64,000 bases of DNA, from the NCBI GenBank assembly GCA_964016885.1, contig OZ024741.1, positions 151,652,001 through 151,716,000 of the forward strand, in the 5' to 3' direction. The position numbers and the translations under genes are program-made. Shown piece by piece: positions 42,590-57,667 of the stretch. Below the pieces are notes generated by a model. The model searched no databases. It saw only the letters and a program-made list of their open reading frames with translations, and had not been told where the DNA came from. Source of the stretch: Eledone cirrhosa. Its lineage: Eukaryota. Within the stretch, counting starts at the first letter, position 1. Each line of letters opens with the position of its first letter.

Positions 42590-44480
42590 ATTGAGGAAAG
42601 TTTGTTGATCAGATATTCTACTGACTTTGGTAGTAAACAAACATAAAGCGCTCTAAGAATTGTATTACTCAAAGTATTATCAATAACGTATCAACCGGGT
42701 GTCGATATTATTAAGACCTCGACCACCCGTGACCTATTGGGTCACATACACTTAGAAATATATTTTAAAAATCATGTTCATTTAAAAATAATTTTAAATA
42801 TTTCAAATAGAAACAAACATGTCTCACTTTCAATCTACTCTCTCACAACCATTAACTCTTGCGCTCTATCTTTCTTTCTCTTTATTAATGAAGGTACCCG
42901 GAAAAACCCTGTATGTCAGGAACCCGTGTTCCGATTTACGCGAAACTTTTATTTCATTTGTATTTCCATTTGAAGGGCAATTTGTTTTCAATTATTATCC
43001 TATTATGCGCCGGTTTAGCTGTATTAAATTACAGACAAGCACACAATCACAGAGTTTTAGCAGTATATAGATAGATAAAACGGTTGTAAATGCACATTCT
43101 CTGTTTGTTATATAATCTTGTAATACGTATTTCGAAGGCGTCAATTTGAGGCATAATAACTCTGACGTATTCTCTTCAGAAAGGTGCAAAGTTGTGTTGT
43201 TTTTGTTTTTGATATACTACATGAGTTATTAGCATGGTAGTTGCACTCCACTCCAGTAGTCATATTATTTGGTTGGCTATTTCTATAGGCAGATAGGATG
43301 CGGGACACGCTGTTCTTGCTGAAATTCTAGGGATGAGAATTGGGTTAAGGTATCAAATTACCAGAGTGGTCAGTCTCTCCAGTTCATATATTTTAGAGAA
43401 TTATTTCGAATAATTCACTTATCTTTTTGTCTTTAATCTCAAGGCTACGTATTCCTATTTCCGGGCTGTGCGTTATTAGAGAAGGAGATGCATATGCAAC
43501 TATATAGTTGCCACGATATGAGTGTGTGCCCGTGAAACATATACATATACAGCAGGTCAGACCACAAAGGAACCAAGCTCCCACTGTCACTACCTCTGTC
43601 CCTCCTACTCTCCCTATCTCTCACTAGTATGAGCAAATGGGGGCCCACGCGCTGGCTGCTCAGCGGTCCTGACAGAATAGGGAAGGTGTTTACCCGGAGG
43701 ATGGGGAGGGAGATGCGCTGGAAAAGCCATTCCAGCTCGCAAGGCTCAATAATCTCCTCTGCTACGAGTAGATTTACCGATTATATTAAAGTGTATGTGG
43801 AGGTTAATGTCTTCGGAATATGGAATATTCTAACTATATAATCTCAGGAAAGCTTTAGATAATGTATGCATTATATAGGTCAGAGCGTTTGTTAATTACA
43901 TTGCGTCTCCATTTAATAATGTGTAGAGTTTCAGTTGTGCAAAGGTCGCAGCCCGGCGAATGAGATTTACTTACATATGGAAATGCATCTATGTGCATGC
44001 GCCAAGACAAGGAGTATTGTACAAGGTTCCGTTTTAGCGTTCATATGAATTCGGATAGTGCCGTGCTTCGTCTCTTGTCTATCCGGTTAAAGGAGTGCGA
44101 TGATTGTACCATCTATTCTTAAAACTAGACTATGTTACTCCGATGTAGTTATACGTTTCGTCCCTATTGGTAACTCTACATAGATATAGTATGTTTCTAT
44201 GGAGGCATTTATGCCGCATAGGCAAACTTGGTGGAATCCTGCTGTTACAGTAATGTTATTGTTATTATCACGTGTTGTGTTTCGGTTATATCTGTCTGTT
44301 CCTCTTTCTGGTGTGGATTACTAAAGTTGTGTTTACTATGTCTATTATTCAGTATCCTTATTATGTGGTCGTAATGTTCTGGGTTATGTTCCGTAGTGTG
44401 CGCGTTTTCGTTATGTTTAATGTTCAAATATTTATAATTAATCCTGTTTGTACTAGGTTTTTGGTGGTAAAGTATAACTT
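42590..44480 (-). mobile_element. Possible very decayed Penelope-like element
   Basis: Minus-strand TDHS...NSHP near 43330-43375 resembles KPTD...S.HP; boundaries uncertain. Confidence 0.3.
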
Positions 44481-44507
44481 AACTATGTGGCAATTAAATA
44501 TCTTGTA

Positions 44508-44710
<203 letters not shown>

Positions 44711-44870
44711 ATGGAGGCGGTATATATATATATATATGAAAAATTCGGGACCCCGACGGCTAAGCTCAGCCGTCAGGGTCGAATTTTCATATTACCCACT
44801 TTACTACCCCAAGTATTGAATACTCTGGTGAGTAATAGTCTAAATGATTTTTACCGCTTCCATTTTGTTG

Positions 44871-44879
<9 letters not shown>

Positions 44880-44960
<81 letters not shown>

Positions 44961-44971
44961 TGTGTGTGTGG

Positions 44972-45018
<47 letters not shown>

Positions 45019-45029
45019 TGTGTGTGTGG

Positions 45030-45096
<67 letters not shown>

Positions 45097-45127
45097 TGTG
45101 TGTGTGTGTGTGTGAGTGTGTGTGTGG

Positions 45128-45190
<63 letters not shown>

Positions 45191-45201
45191 TGTGTGTGTG
45201 G

Positions 45202-45255
<54 letters not shown>
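44880..45255. repeat. About 375-bp (TG)n tract with higher-order interruptions
   Basis: GAG(TG)n-GATG recurs at about 44958, 45016, 45114 and 45188. Confidence 0.9.
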
Positions 45256-45259
<4 letters not shown>

Positions 45260-45338
45260 ATATATATAATATATCGAAATAAAAACATCTCGATTCAACT
45301 GATATGTATGTATATGAATAAGGTATGTATGTATATAA

Positions 45339-45378
<40 letters not shown>

Positions 45379-46258
45379 ATATATATATATATATATATAT
45401 AAAATCATATGTATGTGTGTGTGTGTGAACAAAGGCTAGAGGCACAAATGCCTGAGGTAAGCGCTCTGCATGAAGTGTATATATGCAAATCAAATCTCAC
45501 ACTCTGAATATGATAAGAGGCAAAAACGTCGATGAACCCGGACTCCCCTCGCAACCTTGCGGTCGGCTCTCCCTTTTGGCGTGTTCAGATTGTAAGGAGT
45601 AGAGAAGATAACTGTCAAACCCTGGTCTGATCTAAGACTTCAAAACATATGTTTAAGCAATATAGTGGGTTTGGATGTCTTTTATGCTAAAATGGCGTTT
45701 CAATCTCTCTAAAATATATTTGTAAAGCATATTCAAGTAGCAAGTTGACTAAACAAGAATACTGTTAAGTACATCGGAAGAAGTGATGGAAATATGTGTT
45801 AATTGTAAGAGGCAAAAATACGTGAGGAGAGTACTATACATAAAATGTAGACATACAAGGAAAATCTTGCTTTTTCAATATGGTGTGTGAGTTAAACAAT
45901 CTTCAATCAACTGAGACTACTCTAACAACTTAAAGACAAAAACTTTCTGTATTGTTGTTAAGTCAATAAGAAGCAAGCAAGGAAGATTATTACTATAGTC
46001 TAATCTATGTATAACCCCTAATTCTTCCTAACTTACTAGAAATAATAGTCATATTTTCCTCAATTTGCTACTTGCTCTCTCAACTTAGGAAAACACACAT
46101 TGAGTAACGCAGTCTTATAGATTCAAATAGACGATATAATATAGCAAATATAAGAAAATCATGTAGAAGCCATTTCTATATTAAATATTTATACTCTGCA
46201 ATGTATTGAGTACCTTACTTACTGTGGTTACCCCCGATTGATCTCGGGATACACACAA

Positions 46259-46301
<43 letters not shown>

Positions 46302-46429
46302 CATATACATATGTATGTGTGCGTGTGTATGTATATATACACACACACGCACATATATATATACAGAGAGAGTGAGAGAGAGAGAAAGAGAGAGCGAGAG
46401 AGAGAGAGCGAGCGAGAGAGAGAGAGAGA

Positions 46430-46504
<75 letters not shown>

Positions 46505-47585
46505 ATAGATATCTTACGCCATATCCGCATGTTTATTCATATGTAAGGTAAAGAGGATTACAAATTATCCGGGCCAGTGTTTTTCTATTTGTACAACTCA
46601 GTGATTTCAGACAGAAATATAGGAAATATATAATCATGTTTACCTTACATATGATATAAACATTACATTAGACTCAATACACATTTCAAACATTAAGTGT
46701 ATATTGAGCACTTTTACATTTATGTATTTTTGGACCACTGACTGCAGCAAAACTCTGTCTCTCTCCTTATCTTTCTGTCTGTCTGTCACTTTCATTCTTT
46801 CATTTGTCTGTCTGTTTCTTTCTCTCTATTTCTCTTTTCATTGACCGTTAGCCAGTGAATATTTTTAGTTTATGTCTGACAATATAGAGAAAAAATGTTA
46901 TCTAGAAGGCTGCAGGAGAAGAAGAGTTTATTTTGAAAGTAATATAAATTATTATAAAATGTTAGGTGTTTATCTGAGGCGAGTGTAATCGTTCTTTGAA
47001 TACCGTTAAAAGGTTCAATAGATTTTAGATTGTAGGGAATTTGATTAAAAATAAAAAAAAGATGTTACCGTTAAATGCAGATAAATAAAAATACTCACTT
47101 CTAAACTTCTAAAAGAGGTGATAAATACTTCCTGTTCACATTTCCTGATTATTTAACCTATCCCTATCATACATATTCAGCCTATTCCACATCTAACATC
47201 CTCTCCTTGCTCCTTCTGTATTTCTTCTTTACGACATCCCCTCTCTTAATTCAGGTCATACATAGCAAAAGTCTCATCTGAATTTTACTATTTTAATAAG
47301 TCAACAATATCGCTGAAACTTCGAAGTAAACAATTAAGGATATTATGAGCTGTCAACTCATTTCATGTTTACTGTGTTTATTATACAAATCAAGTATTTA
47401 TATATACATACATATCCAAAATGGCTGACTAACTGCAAACAGGTTTTCCGTTTATTTTTGTTCTTCTAATTCTTACCTACCTTTCTATCTTTCTTCTTTT
47501 AACTCACTGTCTCACTGTCTATCTTCCCGTGAAGGACTTACGTCCGAAACGTTAAGAATCTTTTCCTGCTTTATCAAGCATTAAA

Positions 47586-47679
<94 letters not shown>

Positions 47680-47782
47680 AATGAGTAGGACCCCACCCGT
47701 TCCTATTACCCACTCTAATACCCTAAGTATTGAGTACTTTGGTGCGTTATGGTCCACCTGGTTCCTTACCACATTTCCTTCG

Positions 47783-47833
<51 letters not shown>

Positions 47834-48097
47834 CATTGTACTGTTTCCCGTGTTGTTTTTCCTTGTTGACGTTTCGCGCATATGAATATTTGTATATATC
47901 TATGTATGTATGCATTCATGTATGTATGTATGTAGGTAGATATACATGCATGCATGTATGTATGCATGCATGCATTTATGTATGTATGTATGTATGTATG
48001 TATGTATGTATGTATGTATGTATGTATGTATGTATGTATGCATGTTCTGGTTTTATAATTACACAAATTTTTGTCAATAGCTGTATGTATGTACGTA

Positions 48098-48345
48098 TGA
48101 AACTGGGATAACTCCGACATAAAACCTGCGGCTCAGTAGTTACCGATGAGGTTGATCTTTTCTTCTTTTCGGGTTACAGCTACTGTCACTCAGAGAGTGG
48201 GATTGGCTCAGTGCACAGTCTTTCCTCACTTTAACAAATATCTTCTTCACGCAGGAGGCATTGCACGATAGCATTAATTGATAATTATTGATAATGTTAT
48301 ATTGTGCACTGGCCATACTCGATAACGAGGGGGCAGCCTTCATCA
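48098..48345 (+). repeat. Diverged copy of the leader module within (ATGT)n
   Basis: AACTCCGACATAAAACCTGC...GTGGGATTGGCTCAGTGC..GTCTTTCCTCACTTTA...GGCATTGC parallels the reverse complement of 20625-20790. Confidence 0.55.
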
Positions 48346-48929
48346 TCATGTATGTATTATGTAGGTAAGTAGGTAGGTAGGCATGTATGCATGTTTGTAT
48401 GCATGCATACACGTATTTATGTATTTGTATATGTATGTATGTATGTATGTATGTATGATTGGATAGATGGATATGATAGTGTTGATAGTGGTTTTATTGT
48501 TTCTGGTAATGGTAGTGGTGGCACTGTAGATTCTGTTGCTGTTTGTTATGATGGTGGCGGTGGTGTGGAAATTATCGCCAGAGTTGGTGGTAGCATTGAC
48601 GAGTATTGTGTTATTACTTGTGCGGTAAATATTATACGCTGTTACAAAAGTGTATAATTTGTTTTTATCGTGAATTACAAGTCTATTTTCGTTAGTATGT
48701 GTTTATATCGTTACTTCAAACAGTTAGGCCTAGAACAGATATGGGTCATCGGGAGAAAGAATTACACAATAACATAATTGTACACGGATTTACAAAATTG
48801 CACCGCTCAGCCATATATTTACATTATATATATATATATATATATATACATATATGTATGCAGGTATGTGTATACACACACATACTCACACACGCACACG
48901 CACACACGCACGCACACACTCACACACAG

Positions 48930-48968
<39 letters not shown>

Positions 48969-49008
48969 TATATATATAGATATATATATATATATATATA
49001 TAATATAT

Positions 49009-49076
<68 letters not shown>

Positions 49077-50625
49077 GGGGGGCTCACATATAGTGTTGCC
49101 TGCCAAGACATTGAAAACATGTTGGCAACAGAAATTCTTCGTTTGTTTATGTTTTGCTTGTGTAATATTTTAAAAGATGGTGACTGATATGGGTGGCGAA
49201 TAGTGGGGTTCAAAACCTCCACCTCCCGAAGGAAACAAGGTTATTCCACCGTTGAAAGTAGTTCCTATGTTGCATGACTAAGCAAATGTGTGAGTGACAC
49301 TTCCGGTACTAGACCGGATACATCAGTAAATTATAGTACTGACTGAAAACGGTACCTTTCTAGATTTATTTATTTATTTATTTAATTATGTAGAAAATGA
49401 ACTCTCGCCCTGTTTGATGTGTGTGCGTTTTAGTAATTTCTTTATCGTGTTTCTTACGTGCAGACATACGCACGTGTGTCTGTCTGTCTTCATATATGTA
49501 TGTAATATGCACGTTTGTGTGTATGTATGTATGTACGTATGAATGCATGTATGTATGTGTTATGTATGTAAGTAAGTATATATGTATGTATGCACGTTTG
49601 TGTGTATCTATGTACGTATGAATGTGTGTATGTATGTGTTATGTATGTAAGTAAGTATGTATGTATGTATGTATGCACGTGTGTTTGTATGTATGTGCGT
49701 ATGAATGCATGCATTATGTGTTATGTATGTATGTAAGTATGTTTGTATGTATGTGCGTATGATTGCATGTATGTATGTGTTATGTACGTATGTATGTAAG
49801 TTTGTATCAATGCATGTATGTATATGAATATATATATGTATGTATGTATGTATTTATGTATGTATGTATTTATGTAGGTCTGCAAGAATATGTATTATTC
49901 ATTAAAGGATGGTGGATCGGGAGAATTGATAGAACTTCGCTCTTGTGTCAACGTCAAAATTTATTAGAATCATAGACAATAATCTTAACCATGTCATCGT
50001 TGGTGTTGTTGATGTTGTTATTATTGTTAAGACTGCTGTCGTAGTTGTTGTTTAGCCTCAGGATATTCCGAACTGAACTGAACAATGATCAAAGGTGCTG
50101 ATTAATCCATTAGTATTCATTCCTTTCTTCAGCAATTGTATTTGTATATCAACGACTACATGATTTTATTGTGCAAATGCACGTCATCCAGTTTATGAGC
50201 AATATGAAGTAGATTTGAAGTTGCTATTTCTAGCAGGTCAAATGGTCATGTAGCGAGTTACTCCATTTACTCGTCGTTCTTCGTAATGGTTTTAAAATCT
50301 GCCATATCAAATTTACTTCCAGCCATTCTATTGAGGTGAATATCTAATTTGAGTTGTTGTCGCTATTTTTGCTGATGTTATTGTTCATGTTGCTGGTGTC
50401 GCTATTTTCGTTGTTGACAATGCTGTTGATGTTGTTGTTGTTGGTGGTGGTATTGCTCTTAGTGCTCTAGATTTTGTTAACGTTGCACTTGCTATCGCTA
50501 TTGATGTTGTTACTACTGCTGCTTCTATACCCCAAGTTTCCCTATAGAATCAATTGCTATTAATAGTCCCAATCTCGTCACATGCTTCATTTAAGACAAG
50601 AAGTATGAGATTTAGCGTCATTTAT

Positions 50626-50769
50626 TTCTTCTTCTTCTTCTTCTTCTTCTTCTTCTTCTTCTTCTTCTTCTTCTTCTTCTTCTTCTTCTTCTTCTTCTTC
50701 TTCTTCTTCTTCTTCTTCTTCTTCTTCTTCTTCTTCTTCTTCTTCTTCTTCTTCTTCTTCTTCTTCTTC
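50626..50769. repeat. Pure (TTC)n tract of about 48 units
   Basis: Directly visible. Confidence 0.95.
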
Positions 50770-51500
50770 CAGAAAAGATGGAAAGGTCGACTCAAATATA
50801 TCAATTTCATGAGAGTAAATGCCATGCTAGTATTATATATACAAACACCTATATGTATATTTTGAAGATGAGTGTTCCAGTTGTTCCACCAATGTAACTG
50901 TCTGCTCATCAAATTATTGTGTAAATGGCCGAGCATAGCACTACGAGGTACTGCACATATATAATAGTACAATATCACTACTATTTACTGCGAGCATATT
51001 ACAGAGAATGCTCTCAATTTAAAAAGTAAATTCTAAAATGAAATGAAACAGTGCACGTAGACAAGACACAAACATCTGTGCTTGATTCTACATTGAAAAA
51101 TAAGAAATAAAACAACTGAAATAATTATGAAAATTATTATTGTTATATAGCTATTTGAAGTATTGTATACACGTAATTCTGTCGGTGTGGCTGTGTAATT
51201 TTGCGTTAACGTATGAATTATGTGTATCAGTGTGACTTTGTAAGCATATTTTAGTGTTTCAATGTTTCTGGTCTTAGAATTCCTAATTTAATATATCTGT
51301 AAGTGATGTTTCTGCATACGGACATATTTCTAAGAGAATAATTCCCAATCATACATCATATTACCATAATTATTGTGATTGTTCAGTCTGCAACTGTGAA
51401 AGATATGGACCATATGTAGACAGAAATATTTGTGTATCTCTCGCCCTAAAGCTCTCTAACTCTCAATCTCTCTCAGTCTTTCGTCCTACTTTTCTTTCCC

Positions 51501-51573
<73 letters not shown>

Positions 51574-51623
51574 ATATTTGGGGTTAACATTTCTAACGTA
51601 CGAGGAATCGACAAGCCGTCAAA

Positions 51624-51652
51624 ATGGCGACTGGAACAATAAAAAATGACAG
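51624..51652 (+). CDS. Candidate first coding exon of a host gene (MATGTIKND + AG)
   Basis: CAAA ATG GCG context followed by AG|GTGAGA donor, just downstream of a (CT)n tract in otherwise non-repetitive sequence; downstream exons not identified. Confidence 0.35.
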
Positions 51653-52489
51653 GTGAGAATGTAAAAATAAAAAAATTAACTTGAAAAATTAGTAATTGTG
51701 ACAGCAGAAATATGTGCTTTTCTTGATTAAGTTTTTGTTATATTTTCATTATAACATAATATGTTTTTTACATTATAATATCTAAGAGGAGCTTAACACA
51801 CATAACTAGTTTGAATATACTCTGATTGCTGCTAGCATAAACCATGTAAAGGAAAGGCAACTATGTTTTTTTCATACAGTTTTCAGTCTTTTATTTGAAA
51901 TTATTTGTTTCAAATATATGATTTTTTTTTTTTGTTCTCTCTGTCACTGATGTACTTGATATTATTATATTATTGTATCAAATATTCCATATTATTCGTC
52001 TTTCTCTCCATGCTGTATAACCGCTTGTGCACGACAAACTATCCAACTGATCATGTCATCCATTATAACCGGAAGCTCTTCATAGACGCCATTTTCTTTT
52101 TCTTTTTTTTTTTCAAAATGCTAAATTCTGTTTTTTCTTTCTTTTACTTGATTCTTTCTTTCTTTTATCTTTATTTGTATTTATTTATATATTTTTATAT
52201 TGTAATATTAAGCGAAAGAGACTGTAATAAAATTTTGATGAAGTAGTTTGCTATCATGTTAGATTACAACTGATTAAATTAACAATCTTTTAAAATAAAG
52301 AAATTACATTATCTCTCATAAGACCAATTTCAAATATCATGATGTATATTTGTATGTCTTTGTGTTTTTCGTTTTAGTTTTGACCACCAAAAGCTTAATT
52401 GAATTCATAAGGTTGGTCGGAAGAGTTGTTTGCAGGTGACACAATTATTTGATATTAAGTTCTAACAGTACAAATTGTTTCACATTGCA

Positions 52490-52905
52490 AATGATGATGA
52501 TGATGATGATGACGATGATGTCGGTGGTGGTGTGGGGGGGGGGATGATACTGATCATGATGATGAGGGAGAAGATGAAGATGAATATGGTGATGGTGCAT
52601 ATAATCATGTTATTGCTGATGATGATGATGAGGAGGAGATGGTGGGGTAGGAAGATTGAGATAACGATTTTTGATGATGATGATGATGATGATGATGACC
52701 ATCATGATAATGAAAACGATCATGATGATCATGTTGATTATGATGATATTGATTATGACGATCGTGATGACAGCAGTATCGATGACGACAACGAAGACAA
52801 CAACGATAATGATGACAAAGATGATGATGATGATGATGGTGATGATGAGAGTGATGATGATAGTGATGATGATAATGATGAACTACTCTTTTGTCATCAT
52901 GATCG
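52490..52905. repeat. Degenerate (GAT)n low-complexity tract
   Basis: Produces poly-D, poly-M and poly-H readings in different frames. Confidence 0.85.
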
Positions 52906-54770
52906 AAATACTTTCTTATGTTAACAATCATACGTGTTGAAGTAGTACATTTTATAGCTTACTAGACTTAACCGTTTTTAAATAAACATCTTGACCACGA
53001 AAACTATACAGAGACAAGGATAGGAGGCAAATCATAGACCACATAATGTATGCTTGAAGTTGTTATTATTAAGTTAACCCTAGGTCAGCCAGGATTAAAA
53101 TAAGCCTATGATCCAAAGCATTCCAGCTTTCACAATCGTACTTTTTTCAACATCTAGAAAAATACAGAGCAGTGAATTGGCAGAAATGGTAGAACGTTGT
53201 ATACAATGCCATGACGATATTAGTTCTGGCTCTCTACATAACCAATTCAAATACCCTTGATGTCAACTTTGTCTTATATGAAATACTGGAGTTGATATTA
53301 TCAACTTTGCTCTTCTTCCAAATTTCTTGACATTGTACCTAAATTAGAAATCAATATTTAGGACAAGATTCTTCAATGTATCCTTCCTGTGTTAGGTTGT
53401 TGTTTCTAGCATTTCAAGCACCTGCAAACATAATCTTTTGTTAGCTCATGATTAGTGTAGTTCGCTTGGTTGACGGGGATTGGTTTTTTACTAAGCCGAA
53501 TTGTTATTTTGTGTTTTTGTTTTCTTTCGATGTTCGTTTTTTTTTGGGGGGGGGGGGTTCTTTTGTTTTTCCGTCCATGGACACAATCTATTGAAATACA
53601 GAAACGTGAAGAAACTTTTCACCTTCCTCCTCTTCTTTCTCCTTATCGTCGCCATCTTCCTTCTCGTCCTCCTCCTCCTCATCCCCCTCCTCCTCATCCT
53701 CATCACAATCACTCTCTTGTCGAGTTTGCTCGGATGTGTTCAACTCGTCTATGCTATCCATCTCGATCCTGTATTGTGTTGAGAGAGTCAACCGGTAAAC
53801 ATCCCGTTTCTAGACAGAGCTAGTTAATGAAGGCGTCTGCTGAATTGCCGATACATCTATATCCATATACTATCCATATGAGTATATCGCTAGCTTAGCT
53901 CTCCAGCAATGCCCTGGCAAACAGATGGCTATCTCTTTAATGACATGGGATTGCAAGCTTTATTTATTCACATAACTTTTCCAGGAAACATTCAGAGTGG
54001 CCAAACGACTGATGTCCATAGGAATGTATCGTTAATGAGTTCTTACTTTCTCTCCAGCTATAAAACATATGGGTATCACCTTCATGTTGTCCATGGGAGC
54101 ATAACACTAATGACCTTCTTGCTTAGCTGTCGAGCAATGTCCTGCAAATGCATTCATTTTCTACTGCTGATGCCGAGGATAGCAAAAAGATGACTGAGTT
54201 CTTTGCCTGACCTGTTGCTACTTCCTCAATGGAACCGAAACATGCGAGTATAAGCGTAATTAGAATAAATAAATATTAATTGGAGTATTTTCAACGACAT
54301 GTTAGTCTGTTTTAGAAATTCGCGACAATTAATTTGCATTATGACTGACTCATAAGTCAAGTTTGGGATTCTGGTCACGAATAGCAAAACGAAACATTTG
54401 TCGTTAAAGTCTTTGCTGCGACCGAGGTCAGTTACAGAACGCCATATGGTGACATACATAGACTTTATAAAAAAACCACATATCGACGTTCTAGTTTCAG
54501 TCATCCAACCAACGCACTATATTAATGGAAATTTTTTTAAAAATTAAAACAATTATGAGAATGCAAAAAAAAAAAAAATGTATAATAGGGGAAATATTTT
54601 TTAAAAGCTAAAAGCGCAAATATTAATTAAAATTCCTAAAGAATTTTCATTAAACCCAGTTCTATTTTTATACATAGTATCGCGCTTTCTTTTCCGATAC
54701 ATACTCGCGCGCGCAAATACACATACACACATACATTCATACATATATACACATATATTCATGTATATGT

Positions 54771-54808
<38 letters not shown>

Positions 54809-54809
54809 C

Positions 54810-54869
<60 letters not shown>

Positions 54870-55313
54870 GTATATACATCGAAACACATACATACATACA
54901 TACATACATACATACATACACGCATACATACATATACGCATACATTTATTCGTACATACATATATACATACATATCTATATATAAGAGTAGGTTAAAACG
55001 ACAAAAATAAAAAGACAAAACAAACATTGATGAGCTGATAACAAGGTAACCAAAATTGGCAGCTATACCCACTATATATACATGTTTATGCATGGTGAGC
55101 ATATGTATATATATATAAATATAACTATAAACATATATGTGTCTGTGTGTCTCTGTGTGTGTGTGTGTTTGTATCAGAGAGATAGAGATAGAGAGTGTAT
55201 TATTTTGGCATGTAGATACGTAAATGAGCATACACATTCGTGTATATATATATATATGTATATGTATATATATGTGTGTGTGTATGCATGCATGTATACA
55301 CACAGACACACAC

Positions 55314-55409
<96 letters not shown>

Positions 55410-56009
55410 CTATATATATGTACACATACACGCACGCATAGACACATGCTGATTTTTTTTAGTAGGAAACTCCAAATTACATTCTCTGAAAACATACTTA
55501 AAAAAAACAAAATTAATAAAGTATAAATTACAATATTTCTTATACGTCATCAAATTATTTTAAAATAAACACATGCAAAGTAAATTTAAAACAGCCCAAA
55601 AATGATTGAATAAAAAAATTAATAAAACTCTTACTTTTTAAACAATGTAATATTATTAATTGAGAAAAATGAATAAAAAATTAATTGCCTCTCTCGCTAC
55701 TGGTCTAATTAATTTGCATATTTTTTACTGATATCACATTATTATGTTTTATATATTTATTTTCACATTGTTTTTGTTGCTAATGTTATTGGGTTGTCGT
55801 TGTCATCGTCATCGTCATCGTCATCGTCGTCGTTACATTAATGAACATTTGGTGCTGGAATCGGTAAAAGTTGGTGATTAATTCCTTGCAATAATTAGCT
55901 ATTTTCCACTTTATGTTCTGAGTTCAAATCTTGCCGATATTAATTTTTTTTATTCATTCTTCCAGAGTCTATAAAATATATTACCAGATAATTACTTATC
56001 ACACCATAA

Positions 56010-57655
56010 AAAGTATTGGCCCTCGGACCATTACTTCACAAATTGGAGACAAATAGTGGCGTCCCACGCGAACTGGGATGCGGAAGATCCGTATCAGCTT
56101 ACGCGGACGACGTCACCGTGGTGGTGTCGAGCACTAGACACGTCCAGATGCGCGGCACCACTCTCAAGGAATACGAAGCGGTGACAGGAGCAAAGATAAA
56201 CCAGGAAAAGTCGGTGGGCTTGCAGCTTGGCACCTGGAAAGGCAAGTCCATGCCGTCCGACAGCGTCGTGGGGCACTGGACGGAAGGACCGGTTAAATTG
56301 CTAGGGATATGGTTCGGTCCGGACCTCCAGATGGAAAACAAACTGGAGTGAGGTGACGAGCAGGATGGCCTCTCTTACCGCCTGACCGTCGTACATTGCC
56401 CCCGCCGAACTCTGACCAAAATGGAGCACCTCCTCTTCCGCTTTGTGTGGAATGGACGTGCTCCCATGGTCAGACAATCCATCTGCTGTCAGCACACGTT
56501 GCATGGAGGACAAGGCATCCGTAAATGATGATGCACAAACATGCGCTGAGGCTGCGACATCTCTAGTGCTTCCTTGACGGTGAACAGGTGTGGTCACCAT
56601 TTGTCAGACGCGTTTTTCCCCCAGCTCGTTTCATTGACGGAGCTGCAGTCCTGGATCAGGATAAGACCAAGGGATAGAGCTTGGAAGCGGGAATATCTCC
56701 AAGCGCTCACCACCCTCAACTAGCTGGGCACTAGTATCGGTTGAACATCCACTTCCCGCGTTCTATAGAGGACTAATGGACGGGAAGAGCGACAACGTTC
56801 TCGGGGAGACCCTGGGCGTTGAAGACGATCAGCTTTGCACTATCTTCGACAGAACTTTCAGCCCGGGAAACCTATGGAAACCTAGAAACCCCTGGTCTGG
56901 CAGTGCTAGTGCGGGGTGTTGCCAGTTCGAGATAAGTTGTTCAGGCACAGAAGTGGTCAGCTGAGCCTGTCCGAGATCCGTACAGGTCGACGAAATCGTC
57001 GTGCACGCATTTGTTCAGTGCCCGAGAATTGCTGACTTGTGGAGCTATGTCGAACAGTTGCTGTCGCGTGTAAACGGATCCGGTTATCGACTGAGTCGAT
57101 TGTGCAGAAAGCCCCACCGCCCTCCTTTAAGGGGGAGGAAGGGCAGGCACTTTTCATTTGCTCGGTGGCCATGGAGAAATAGATTGTGTGGTGAACAAGG
57201 TTGAAACGATTGAAGACAGACACTTTCTTCTCCGGTGAATCCCTGATTAACTTTTTCGAGTTACACTTGAAGAGAAAAATCAGGGTGGAGAGGCAAGTGT
57301 TGTCTTCTACTAAGTTTGTTGAAAGGTGGGTGAAAGTGGTGAGTCTGGTCCAAGTGAACGAGTCCGCTCAGGGTATGTGCCAGTAGACTGAGGAGTAGGA
57401 GAACTGAGAGAGGGCGCTTGCCCTGGTGGTCAGGGTGATCGTCGTCTTTTGTGTGGTTTTTCTCTACGTGTGACCCTCGGAGGTTTCCCCCCTATTGTGG
57501 AATTTTTGTTGTTTGAATTTTTTAATTTGTTTCTTCACATTTCTATGTTTTTTTTCTTATATTTTTTTTACACGACCAAAACCCACTTCGTATCATACTG
57601 TACCGTTCTGTGCCGTCTGTAATGTTTTTGTTCATGTTAGCCCTTGGGGCCAATG
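56010..57655 (+). mobile_element. Tx1/L1-clade LINE, 5'-truncated and decayed (RT 3' half, C-terminal zinc-binding region, 3' UTR)
   Basis: VSAYADDVTV, SGAK-type TGAKINQEKS, KLLGIWF and HAFVQCP motifs. Confidence 0.85.
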
Positions 57656-57667
57656 AAGAAACCGTTA

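Noticed and set aside
49292-49330. Minus-strand CTGATGT..CCGGT ctagt ACCGGAAG hammerhead-like motif
   Set aside because: Two core positions are altered and stem I is absent, so it is too degenerate to call.
50554-50978. Poly-Phe and poly-Lys ORFs
   Set aside because: They derive from a pure (TTC)n microsatellite.
52475-52940. Asp-rich, His-rich and Met-rich ORFs
   Set aside because: All three come from one degenerate (GAT)n tract, with no splice or domain evidence.
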